Positions 1 through 11,782 of a stretch of DNA of 64,000 nt are shown piece by piece. A program made the translations under genes and the position numbers. This DNA is from Octopus sinensis (Eukaryota): assembly GCF_006345805.1 (NCBI RefSeq), contig NC_043023.1, positions 15,500,001 through 15,564,000 of the forward strand, given 5' to 3'. The first letter of the stretch is position 1; each line of letters begins with the position of its first letter. The notes under the pieces are model-generated. The model had not been told where the DNA came from. It was given only the letters and a program-made list of their open reading frames with translations, and ran no database searches.

Positions 1-549
1 GATGGCCCTGCTCGGCATGTAGAAAAGATGTCAGGAGAAACTCCATGTAGTGTACCCAGTACAAGATATGGACACATATTGTTCATTTGATTATAGGCTG
101 GAGATTGTGGGATAGCCTAAGCATGTCCAGCAGAGAACAACTGATCATCGTTGGGAACTGGAATGTGATACAATGGTGTCGGAATAATATATCCACAAGA
201 AAACAGCAAATTAATGTAATTAAAATTGCTTGATTGAAAACCACACACATCATAATTAATGAGTTGATGCAAATGAGGAAAATGTAAAAAATTTATTTGT
301 CTCAAAAAAAGTAATACAATTGCTGTATTTTATTCCCCATTTTATCACTGGTATTGTTATTGATCAATATGAATAAATACAGGTTTAGTTAAATTACGTT
401 AAGAGAATGATTTTGCACAGATAACACAGCAATATGTCTTCTCTCCTGTATGAATGCATTTAAAATTAGTTAAACAACATAATCCTAAGAGAATGATTTA
501 CTACAGATATCAAAACCAAAAATCAAAGTCATAATCGATCAACATCAAT

Positions 550-820
550 GGAATTTGTAGCTGTGATACCAAGGCCGGTGGCACATAAGTGAACCATCCG
601 AACGTGGCCGTTTGCCAGTTCCTTCTGGCACCTTTGCCGGTGGCACGTAAAAAGTACCCACTACAATCACGGAGTGGTTGGCGTTAAGAAGGGCATCCAG
701 CTGTAGAAACACTGCCAGATCAGACTGGAGCCTGGTGCAGCCTTCTGGCTTCCCACACCCCAGTTGAACCGTCCAACCCATGCTAGCATGGAAAGTGGAC
801 GCTAAACGATGATGATGATG
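550..820 (+). mobile_element. Abundant short repeat with (GAT)n tail (RTE-related SINE-like element)
   Basis: GGTTGGCGTTAGGAAGGGCATCCAGCTG...CCAACCCATGCTAGCATGGAAA..(GAT)n. Copies at ~5510, 32415, 35060, 35620, 48420, 49190, 49510, 52060, 59390. Confidence 0.75.
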
Positions 821-1131
821 ATCACAGTGATACAATATCTCCCCCATCTAAGTGGATTTGTGATAAAAATATTTTCTCACGCAGAATGACTTACTGCAGA
901 TATTACAGTGCTTTCTCTCCTGTATGAATGTATTTGTGATTAGTTAAATATTGTTCCACAGACAATGATTTGCCACACCTCTTACAGTGAAAGGGCTTCT
1001 CTCTTGTATGAATACATTTATGAGTATATATAGCACATTCCCAAGAGAATGATTTACCACAGATATCACAGTGACATAGTTTGTCTCCTTTATGAATAGA
1101 CTTAGAATGATTTACTGCAGATATCACAGTG

Positions 1132-2266
1132 CTATGATTTCTCTCCTGTATGAATGTATTTGTGTCTAGTAAGGTTACTTTTTCCAGAGAATGATTTACC
1201 ACAGATATCACATTGATATGCCCTCTCATCAGTGTGGGTACGTTCATGAGCAGTTAAATAACTTCTTAATACAAAGGATTTACCACATATATTGCAGTGA
1301 TATTGTTTCTCTCCTGTATGAATGTATTTGTGTCTATTAAAATTACTTTTATGAGAGAATGATTTACCACAGATATCACACTGATATGGCCTTTCATTAG
1401 TGTGAGTAAGTTCATGAGCAGTTAAATTACTTCTCACTACAAAGGATTTACCACAGATATTGCAGTGACATGGTTTCTCTCCTGTATGAATGGATTTGTG
1501 AGAAATAAGGCTACCTTTTTGAGAGAATGATTTACCACAAATATCGCAGTGATATGGCTTCTCACCTGTATGTTAGTTTGTGAGTGGTTAAATAACTTTT
1601 TAATGAAAAAGATTTATTACAGATATCACACTGATATTGTTTCTCTCCTGTGTGAATATATTTGTGAGAAGTAAGGTTACATTTGTGAGTGAATGATTTA
1701 CCACAAATATCACAATGAAATGGCTTCTCATGAGCATGAATAAGTTTGTGTTTAGTTAAAGAACTTCTTATTGAAAAGGATTTATTACAAATATCACAGT
1801 GATGTGGTTTCTCTCCTGTATGAATGTATTTGTGAGAAGTAAGGCTAGTCTTTTGAGAGAATGATTTACCACAAATACCACACTGATATGGTTTCTCTCC
1901 TGTGTGAATGTATTTGTGATAAGTAAGGCTAGTCTTTTGAGAGAATGATTTACCACAAATACCACACTGATATGGTTTCTCTCCTGTATGAATGTATTTG
2001 TGAGAATCAAGGTGACTTTTTTGGGAGAATGATTTACCACAGATGTCACAGTGATGCGGTTTCTCTCCTGTATGAATGTATTTGTGATGAGTAAGATGAT
2101 CTTTCTTAGAGAATGATCTGCCACAGATATCACAGTGAAATTGCTTTCCACTTGGATCAATACACTTGTGAACAGTGAGATTCGCTGTATTAGAAAAAGT
2201 CTTTTTACAGATATCACATTGGTCTGATAATTTTTCTCTTTCTCTTGTCATCTCTGACGGATTCAT
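1132..2266 (-). pseudogene. C2H2 zinc-finger gene A (~13 fingers), frameshifted near 1570
   Basis: ORFs 1562..2398 and 1132..1437 carry CxxC-12-HxxxH repeats with TGEKP linkers. The likely start MNPSEMTREREK is at 2266, matching the start shared by paralogs. A 2-nt loss in CACAAACTAAC(AC)ATACAGG breaks the frame, and fingers continue to TAG at 1132. Confidence 0.85.
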
Positions 2267-3214
2267 TATTCTTCTGCAGTATGCAACACTAAAATATATT
2301 TTTCTTTTCTTCTTTATAAATGTCTTTGTTGATTCAAATACTTCTACTGCTATATTTACAGCAAATCTGATCTTCTCGAATATCTGAAGATAATACAAAG
2401 ACCTTCACAGATTTTTCCAAATTCAAACAGAATGTAAAATACTGGCAATGAAGAAAACAAACGTTCGTATTAATTCCAAAGAAATATTTCACAGTTATTC
2501 ACCATAGATTTGTAATAGAAACAGGGTTATATATATTATTTATAATATCTTCCATTAGTCTTCAAAGGATGATCAATATTCATGATGTATCTGATGTAAA
2601 AACTCCTTTATACCACTAACATCTCATATTCTGAAATGACACAGAAACAGTAGAAGATACAGGAAAGACTTGAAAAGCAGAGATTCAACTATAAAAAATA
2701 TTACTACATTTTCATAATAATAAACTGTTTATATAAACCTTAACCCGAATAATTAGTCTCTATACACAGACTTCCGTTCCTTTACCTTCAGATATTATGT
2801 AAAATGTTAAACTACAAAATATTGGACAATAACTTCCTACTATCTTCAGAAATGTGATAAGTCACTGTTGTTTAGCCCGGAATCATCCCTGGCTGAACAG
2901 GTCTATTAATGAAATTATGTTGTGTTCACGACTTTTAAAATAATAATAATGAAATTACTGTATACAGTGCTCAGGTGCACCACAACTTGTCAAAAGTGCG
3001 TATAAATTATATACAGTAATGTACAAATGTATGGGAAGTGAACAGTGTATGAGTCAGATACATGCTTGTGTGTGTATGGAGGGGAGAAAATCAGGTGTAG
3101 TGTTGGCGAATCTCAGGAAGCAAGGAAAGAAGCCCGTCGTATATGTGTATATGTATGTTTGTGTGTGTCCTTATGTGTCTCTGTTTGTCACCCTAACATC
3201 GCTGGACAACCATC

Positions 3215-3735
3215 CAGTGTCAAATTAATCACAGAACTTGAGGCAATCCAACGAAGCTACACAAAGAAGATAGCCTCTGTGCAGCATATGGGCTATTGGG
3301 AAAGACTCAAGAGATTAAGACTCTATTCCTTAGAGCGTAGGCGAGAAAGATATGCCATAATATACATCTGGAAGATCCTAGAAGGACTTGTCCCAAACTT
3401 TGGCATCGAGTGTTACACAAATACTAGAACTGGGAGCCACTGCATAGTGCCAAGGACTCCAAATTTGCCATCAAGATATAGGACAAGATACTGTGATAGC
3501 CTGGGCTTCAGAGGTTCACAGCTCTTCAATATCCTCTCGAAGGACCTGTGAGACCTGCATGGGGTGGATGCAGATGTCTTTAAAATAAAACTGGATCTCT
3601 TCCTGTCAGGTTTCCCAGATGAACCAACTTCACGGCAGGAGGTGCAGATGAGGGCAGCTGCATCGAACTCTCTCATGCACCAAATGGCAATTGCTAAAAA
3701 GCATTCGTGAAGTAAAATCATGTAGCAACACCAAA
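3215..3735 (+). mobile_element. CR1-group LINE 3' fragment
   Basis: LEAIQRSYTKKI...YWERLKRLRLYSLERRRERY...FKIKLDLFL resembles the CR1 ORF2 C-terminus. Related pieces at ~35880-36225 (+) and ~48300-48420 (-). Confidence 0.8.
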
Positions 3736-4129
3736 TATAATTTATCTAATTTTGACACAGTTTGGCTAACCGAATACGGTTGCTTACAGCTCTAGTTAAG
3801 AATGCAAATGTCCAGTTCTATCTCATTATTATTATCATTGTTGTTGTTATTCTTTTGCACCGGCAGCCAGAGTGTTTGCCATTTCGTGGTGTGTTCGCCC
3901 ATCCCCTATACTGGAAGTCCCTATGTTCTGACCCCCATTGGATGCCTTTCCCCTGAACACCTCCAATGGCTTAGATGCTCCCCCATCCATACTTAGTGTT
4001 TATCTCCTGTGGAATGCAGTGATAATTTAGTGCACAAAATAATGGTGTAGTGTATGCAGGTTGAAGGCTATTGTATGTTTATGAGTTCTGTCAAATTCAA
4101 GCTTTCTTTTCAGGTACCTGATGCTGCTG

Positions 4130-4525
4130 TCCCCCACCCAGGGTCTTGCAGGCCCACACCTTCCACAACCTCAGAATTGGCACATTGAAAGATAGGTCTG
4201 GTGAGATTGTTGAGATTCTTGAATGGAGCCATGTAGATTTGTGCTGCTTCCAAGAAGTAAGGTGGAGAGGAAGTTCTACTAGGTTCCTCACAAGCAAAGA
4301 ACGTAGGTATAAGATTTTCTGGGTAGGGAATACTGATGGAGTTGAGGGCATGGATATACTTCTTGCAGAGAGAATGGGTTGATAAGGTAATCAAGGTAGT
4401 CAGAGTCTGTGATAGAATACTTAAGCTTAGATTAGTGTTGCAACATGGGTTAGCAACCATAATCTTGGCTTATGCCCCTCAGCCAGGGTTACCTGATAAA
4501 CAGAAAGACCGATTTCATGGCACCC
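4130..4525 (+). mobile_element. RTE-clade LINE APE endonuclease fragment
   Basis: IGTLKDRSGEIV...DLCCFQEVRWRG...RVCDRILKLRL...AYAPQPG, with a frameshift near 4350. Confidence 0.8.
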
Positions 4526-4529
4526 TCTT

Positions 4530-4850
4530 CTACTTACTTGTACTTGTGGCGACATTCACCCCAGGCGGGTTGAGTCGGCTTCTTCTACCACCCTCGAGGC
4601 ATCTCAAACCATGGCAGCCCACGCACGACGGTCCTGCGCCAGTTCACTGGAGATAGCAAGCCAGTCACGGTTCCATCGGCGCAGGCAGACCACCTGTGGA
4701 CCCGTGAGCACAGAGAGGTCCTCAGCTGCCCGCCCATGCGTTTCCGCCAGTTGGGAGGACATCACGGCTCAGTTCACCCACCGGATGCCTACATGCATGT
4801 CCAAACCACCGCAAGCGCCGTTGCAGAAGGACAGATGGAAGGGGCCCCAG
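4530..4850 (-). mobile_element. RTE-clade LINE 3' end
   Basis: Reverse strand LRWFGHACR...ELAQDRRAW, ending in a (CAAGTA)-like repeat tail. Confidence 0.7.
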
Positions 4851-5336
4851 AGATTGGCGGTGGGAGCATACTTTACTCGGACCAGTCTACTCTTATCACA
4901 ACAGGTGCCATTCTAACCAAGATGCCCATCATAAATCCCTGCTTGGTGTCTGGTAAGAACAAGACCATGAAAACCGGATCTACAGAATGATTTAGCAAAA
5001 AATAAGTAGGCTGTATCATCCACTCTACACCAAACACTATGACAAAAGCAGTAGGCCTCCAGTTTGTTCTAGAATATGTGGGTTGCTATCACAAATACTG
5101 CAAATCCTGAGACTCAAAACATGTCCAGGAGGACACAACCGATCGTAATTGGGAACTGGAATGTCAGATATTGGTGTGATAATGACACATCCACAAGAAA
5201 ATAGAACAAATTAATTTAATCAATATTATTTGAATGGAAAACACACATCATAATTAATGAGTTGAAGCAAATGAGGAAAATGGAAACAATTAATTTATTC
5301 AATAAAAAGTAATACAATTGCTGTATTTTATTCACC

Positions 5337-5965
5337 AGGCGTAGGAGTGGCTGTATGGTAAGTAGCTTGCTTACCAACCACATGGTCCCGGGTTCAGTCC
5401 CACTGTGTGACACCTTGGGCAAGTGTCTTCTACTATAGCTTCGGGCCGACCAAAGCCTTGTGAGTGGATTTCGTAGACGGAAACTGAAAAGAAGCCCGTC
5501 GTATATATCATCATCATCGTTTAACGTTCGTTTTCCATGCTAGCATGGGTTGGACGGTTCAACCAGAGTCTGGGAAGCCAGGAGGCTGCACCAGGCTCCA
5601 GTCGGATCTGGCACTGTTTCTACAGCTGGATGCCCTTCCTAACGCCAACCACACCATGAGTGTAGTGGGTGCTTTTTACGTGCCACCTACACATGTACCA
5701 GACGAGGCTGGCAAACGGCAACGATCAGATGGTGCATTTTACGTGCCACATCTGTGTGTACGATTGTGTGCCTTTGTTTGTCCCCGCAACATCGCTTGAC
5801 AACCGATGCTGGTGTGTTTACGTCCCCATAACTTAACGGCTCGGCAAAAGTGACCGATAGAATAAGTACTAGGCTTACAAAGGATAAGTCCTGGGGTTAA
5901 TTTGCTCGACTAAAGGCGGTGCTCCAGCATGGCCACAGTCAAATGACTGAACCAAGTAAAAGAAA
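5337..5965 (+). mobile_element. tRNA-derived CORE-like SINE with a nested RTE-related repeat (~5510-5750)
   Basis: Head GGCGTAGGAGTGGCTGTATGGTAAG...GGTTCAGTCCC, core CACCTTGGGCAAGTG, tail GGCGGTGCTCCAGCATGGCC..AGTC. Other copies: ~3100-3205, 16515-16690, 30385-30610(-), 36390-37105, 47745-48085(-), 54200-54455, 58595-58985(-). Confidence 0.8.
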
Positions 5966-6447
5966 GAAAAGACATCTATTTTATCCCAGTTATTTTTATA
6001 GCTCAATATGAATAAGAATATGTTTAGTTAAGGTAGATTATTGAGAGAATGATTTAGCACAGATTACAGAGTCATAAGAATCTTACCCTCTATGAATATG
6101 TTTGTGTTTAGTTAAGTAATTACGAGAGAATGATTAATCACTGATGTCACAGCGTTACGGTTTTTCTCCTGTATGAATGTATTCATGTTGAGTTAACCCA
6201 CATGGTAAAAGAATGACAGTGCTATGGTTTCTTTCCTGTATGAATGAATTTGAGATTAGCTAAATATTGTTCCACAGAGAATGATTTAGCATAGTTATCA
6301 CAGTGATAGGGCTTCTCTCTTGCATAAATACATTTATGAGTATATATAGCACATTCCCAAGAGAATGATTTACCACAGATATCACAGTTATATGGTTTGT
6401 CTCCTTTATGAATAGACTTTGAATGATTTACTGCAGATATTAAACTA

Positions 6448-8172
6448 CTAGGGTTTCTCTCCTGTATGAATGTGTTTGTGAGAATCAAGGTAACGTCTTT
6501 GAGAGAATGACATTCCGCAGACATCACATTGATGAGGTTTCTCTCCTGTATGAATGTATTTATGAGAATCAAGGTTACTTTTTTGAGAGCATGATTTACC
6601 ACAAATATCACACTGATATGGTTTCTCTCCTGTATGAATGTATTTGTGTTTAGTAAGGCCTCTCTTCTGAGAGAATGATTTACCACAAATATCACAGTCA
6701 TGTGGTTTCTCTTCTGTATCAATGGATGTGTGAGAAGAAAGGTGACTTTTTTGAGAGAATGATTTACCACAGACATCACATTCATATGGTGTCTCACCTG
6801 TATGAATGAATTTGTGAGTAGTTAAATTATGTTTTAATGAAAAAGATTTACCACAGATATCACAGGGATATGGTTTCTCTCCTGTATGAACGGATTTGTG
6901 ATAAGTAAGGCAACTCATTTGAGAGAATGATTTACCACAAATATCACAGTGATATGGTTTCTAACCTGTATGAATGAATTTGTGAGTAGTTAAATTACCT
7001 TTTAATGAAAAAGATTTACCACAAATATCACATTGATATGGTTTCTCTCCTGTATGAATGTATTTGTGAGAAGTCAGGTGAATTTTCTGAGAGAATGATT
7101 TTCCACAGATATCACAGTGATAAGGTTTCTCTCCTGTATGAATGGATATGTGATAAGTAAGGCTGTGCTTATGGGAGAATGATTTACCACAAATATCACA
7201 TTCATATGGTTTCTCACCTGTATGAATGAATTTGTGAGTAGTTAAATTACGTTTTAATGAAAAAGATTTGCCACAGATATCACAGGGATATGGTTTCTCT
7301 CCTGTATGAACGGATTTGTGATAAGTAAGGCAACTCATTTGAGAGAATGATTTACCACAAATATCACATTGATAAGGTTTCTCTCCTGTATGAATGTATT
7401 TGTGAGAAATAAGGCTGTGCTTATGGGAGAATGATTTACCACAAATATCACATTCATATGGTTTCTCTCCTGTATGAATGTATTTGTGTCTAGTTAAGTC
7501 ACCTAACTGGGAGAATGATTTTCCACATATATCACAGGGATGTGGTTTCTTCCCTGTATGACTGACTTTGTGATAAGTAAGGCTATGCTTAAAGGAGAAT
7601 GATTTACCACAAATATCACAGTAATATGGTTTCTCACCTGTATGAATGGATTTGTGATTCGTAAGGTTACTTTTACCAGAGAATGATTTACCACAAATAT
7701 CACACTGATATGGTTTCTCTCCTGTATGAGTGGATTTGTGACAAGTAAGGCTAATCTTATGAGAGAATGATTTACCACAAATATCACACTGATAAGGTTT
7801 CTCTCCTGTATGAATGGATTTGTGTTGAGTAAGGCTACTTTTATGAGAGAATGATTTACCACAAATGTCACATTGATATGGTTTCTCACCTGTATGACTG
7901 TATTTGTGAGAAGTAAGGTGAACCTTCTGAAAGAATGACTTTCCACAAATATCACAGTGATACCGTTTCGCTCTTGTATGAATGTAATTGTGTTTAGTAA
8001 GGTGACTTTTATCAGAGAATGATTTACCACAGACATCACAGTGATATGGCTTCCCCCCTGCATGAATGAATTTGTGAACAGTGAGATTTCCCTTGTTAGA
8101 ATAAGTCTTTTTACAGATATCACATTGTTGTGATAATTTTTCTGTTTCTTTTGTCATCTCTTGAGGATTCAT
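6448..8172 (-). pseudogene. C2H2 zinc-finger gene B (20 fingers), in-frame TAG after finger 14
   Basis: ORFs 6961..8196 and 6448..6918 are in the same frame. The linker codon GAG became TAG at 6961-6963 (GGT TAG AAA CCA TAT). Start [12 protein letters not shown] at 8172. It could also be a functional truncated 14-finger protein. Confidence 0.85.
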
Positions 8173-8653
8173 TATTGTTCTATAGTATACAAGCACAAAA
8201 TATAATTTTGCTTCCTTTTTTATATATTTCTATTGCTTATATTTCCAGCAGTTCTGACCTTCATCAATATCTGAAGATGATACAAACACCTTTGCAGATA
8301 TCTCCCGCTCCAAACAGAATGTGAAATACTTTAGCAAATATTCCAGGCAATGATGGAAACAAATGTTGCCATCAATTCAGAAGAAATATTTCACAATTTT
8401 CCACCATAGACAAATCGTATAAACAGAGTTATGTCAAATATTTATAACATCTTCCATTAGATGATCAATATTCATGAAGTATCACTAACATTTCACCTCC
8501 TGAAATGACACAGAAACAAGAAAATATAGGAAAGACTTAAAAAGCAGAAATTCAACTATAAAGAAAATATAACTACATCTTCATAATGATAAACTGTGGA
8601 TATAATCCTTTAATTGGTCTTTGAAATTTATTTATGGTAATTTATAATATGGT

Positions 8654-9210
8654 AACCCTTTTGTTACCATATTTCTTTTGAGATTCAGTGTGTTTCTTTC
8701 AATTGTTTTAAATATAATAAAGAATTTAGTAAACTAACTTAGTTATCATTCAACTAGTGTTAGGAACATAAATTGTAACTAAGGTTTGGTGGAAGATTTT
8801 AATTCAAAACTTATGAAAACAAAACATTTTACCAGAGAGTTAGAGCCCGTTTTGGCCGGGTTAGTAACAAAAGGGTGTGGTCTTTGAAATTTATTTTGTT
8901 ATTAAAATTATATGATACAACCTTGTGTAATGTCTACATATAGACGGACTTCAGTTCCTCTTCCTTCAGATATTATGTAAAACATTATCCCTTTAGTGTT
9001 CAGATTATTCTGTTAAATGTAATTCTTTTTCACTCAAATTGTTTTGAATTAATCATGCATTATCTTATGGCTTTGAGGTTTCAATGATGTGATTGTTTAT
9101 TTCTAGAATGTCAATGTAGGTTAGGTGTGAGAGGCCAGATACCGCCAGTTTGAATATAAAACATGCAGAATATCTGGGCCTGATATGGCCGGTTTAAACA
9201 ATAAAGGGTT
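8654..9210. mobile_element. Two AACCCTTT-ended MITE-like elements (~8654-8877 and ~8990-9210), possibly piggyBac-like
   Basis: CCCTTTTGTTAC...GTAACAAAAGGG and CCCTTTAGTGTT...AATAAAGGG ends. The first is absent from the homologous intron of gene I (~60360). Confidence 0.45.
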
Positions 9211-9499
9211 CAACTATAGGATATTGGACAATAATATGATAAGTGACTACTGTTTAACCCTAGGTTATCCCTGACTGAGCAGATCGATTATTAATGAAAT
9301 TAGGTAATGTTACAACTTCTATAACAGATCAAACATAAACATAAACTACAATTTAGTGAACCAACCCATCATGACTTTTCCTCTCCTAACTTTATTAATA
9401 ATAAAAACAAACTGCACTCACATATGTTGAAGGTGTGGTCACTAATTTAGAGAAAGTGTTCTGTGAATTGACGTATGAAGAGTAGAGCCAGGACGGAAT

Positions 9500-9676
9500 G
9501 GCGATCCTTCGGTATAGGTACACACGTGACTTTGTTTACATTTCTGAAGATGACAGAAACCCTTTTCTCCCACCGCTAACCCTAAACCACCCCCCACCGA
9601 CATATAAAAAAAACACCTTTTTGAAATGTATCCGGTACTTCCGGAAGTACACCGGTACTTATACCGTAAGATCGCC
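9500..9676. mobile_element. MITE with GGCGATC(C/T)T(T/A)CGGTATA TIRs (copies 12580-12732, ~29862-30235, 41879-42019, ~54593-54770)
   Basis: Terminal inverted repeats and an internal perfect palindrome GTACTTCCGGAAGTAC. No TSD seen. Confidence 0.65.
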
Positions 9677-10447
9677 TTTCTTTTTAAAACAAAGTAAATA
9701 AAACACAAAAGCATAGGTACTACTAGCGAAGACTGGACCCGGTACGCGCTAGCTAGTCGTAAGTAGTCGATCCTATAACGACTTGCGCGTATGCAAATGA
9801 GTTGATTTTACCGAATAAAATAAGAGAATTTTTTAAAGAAAGTAAATAAATTATTTCTTAGAACAATGTATATGATTTTTTTACACAAATCAAATAAAAT
9901 GTGTGTGAAATATTCTTTTAGTTTTCATATTCTTTAGTAAATTATTTCTTTTTTAACTAATTAAATAAAACAAAAACACAAAGTAAGGATCTACTAGTCA
10001 CGGGATCGCTCTTCTAGAGTAGTACCATCGCCAGTTGATGACATTTGCCGATTCTGTCTACAAAAGGCTGTATCTGCTATTTATCATAGTGCTATCACTG
10101 GCCACATGTTTCAGTTAGCTATTGATGTTTTATGATGTTGCAGATTATTTATTCTGAGAAGCTGAAATAGACAGAATTATTAACGTGTATCATTTTGACA
10201 GAATAAACAGCAAATACAGATGTTTAGCAAATGATACATCTGTGATAAAACAACAAACAGCTTTGAATGGACACAACCAGCAAATGGATTATCTACCAAA
10301 ATAATTGAAATTAAAAACCAGGTGCTTTACTGGACAATAGAATTAATATCGATTTCAGACTAGTATTATTTAAAACTATCAATACTGTCTGGATTTTCCA
10401 ATTAGCCAGATACATAGGCTTTTACTAAAAAGAAAATATGTATTACA

Positions 10448-10580
10448 ACTTACCTCTGATGATAATTTAGTCGCTGTTTTATAAGAAATATTTTTAATTA
10501 CACACTCGAACGAGCGGGAAATATTACTGGAAGACACATAGAAAAGCCGACACGGTATGTCAACGAAACGAAAAACCCTA
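10448..10580 (-). promoter_or_regulatory. Putative exon-1 module of gene B
   Basis: Inverted copy of the C module with the donor at 10453. The Inr is degenerate and the upstream TAGCATCCGA box was not seen. Confidence 0.45.
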
Positions 10581-10959
10581 AATGTCTATTGTTAAAATGG
10601 ATCGGCTTGATTATCTGTGTAATTTCTTTATCATATAAAATAATATAAGATTAATTTTTTCTTCTTTCTGTAATTCCTTGCAAACATAAGGACACAAGAA
10701 ATGTGTCAAGGCAGACAGGAAACGTTGCTGCTTCCTAGGGCTAAATAGTAGTAGTATGATTCCCTTCATGGGACTGTCACATTAAGTTGACAGTATACAA
10801 CTACTTTATCGTACCACTACTGCATAAATCTCTGTAAGATTTTTAGAAATGTATTATTTCTGTTTTTGTAATTCCTTTATAACGTACAAAGTGTTTCATC
10901 TCTGAAATATCTGAAAGATAAGGTATATAACCCTGGCTATACTATTTAACACTGGTAGA

Positions 10960-11160
<201 letters not shown>

Positions 11161-11599
11161 TGAGAGGCAATTTAGGGATCTTTTCCTTTTGACCGGCAAA
11201 TTTTTAAAATAATTTCCATGTAAGTAAAAAATGAGAAAAAGATGTTTTATAAACACATTCTACCAGTATACGAAGTTTAAAATTTTTTAGTTACATAGAA
11301 ATTATGTCAAAAAACTGCCGTTCAAAAGGAAAAGATCCGAATGTTGTTGTTGCTACCAACACCGCTATTGTTTATGTTAATTTGAAATTTGCCAGCAAAA
11401 TCTCATAAAATGGCAATGTTCTATAAGTTGTACGAGCTTATATCCTTTATATGAAAATGAAGAAGTTAAGTATGTTATGTGACTCCGCCGTAACCGTAAC
11501 CGCCAAAAACGGGTGGTGTGGCTATTCGTTACCTTGGCCCAATTCACATTTTCAAAAATTTATTATAGTTATAAACAAACTTTAACAGTTTACCACCTT

Positions 11600-11782
11600 A
11601 ATTTCAGCATCAGACAAAAGTGAGTAAATACGAAGCGCACAACAACCGGATTGTTAGTTCGTGTCGTTGACTTTCCGTGTCGGCTTTTCTATGTGTCTTC
11701 CAGTAATATTTCCCTCTCGTTCGAGTGTGTAATTAAAAATATTTCTTATAAAACAGCGACTAAATTATCATCAGAGGTAAGT
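11600..11782 (+). promoter_or_regulatory. Putative exon-1 module of gene C
   Basis: CAGCATCAGACAAA, TTAGTTCGTGTCG at 11654, AG|GTAAGT at 11777. Confidence 0.55.

Larger units (their letters stand above)
1..3205. repeat. Direct paralogous block of ~51490-54290 (A vs H); inverted relative to the E block
   Basis: Near-identical flanks on both sides of the finger array. Confidence 0.9.

Noticed and set aside
545-847. Recurrent ORFs MGWTVQLG...LQLDALPNANH (also 5545, 32401, 52054, 59349)
   Set aside because: Translations of a high-copy interspersed repeat; endpoints vary and frames break.
1768-2217. Alternative-frame ORFs (MISVKRLF..., ...FIQERNHI...) and antisense ORFs (MIYHKYH...) over every finger array
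   Set aside because: Shadow frames of the 84-bp codon-biased finger repeat; no independent protein signature.
2267-2398. N-terminal extensions predicted by the ORF track (MYYLQIFE..., MLVYYRTI...)
   Set aside because: They start at non-ATG codons and are not frame-conserved among paralogs. The shared start is AATA-ATG-AAT just after a YAG.
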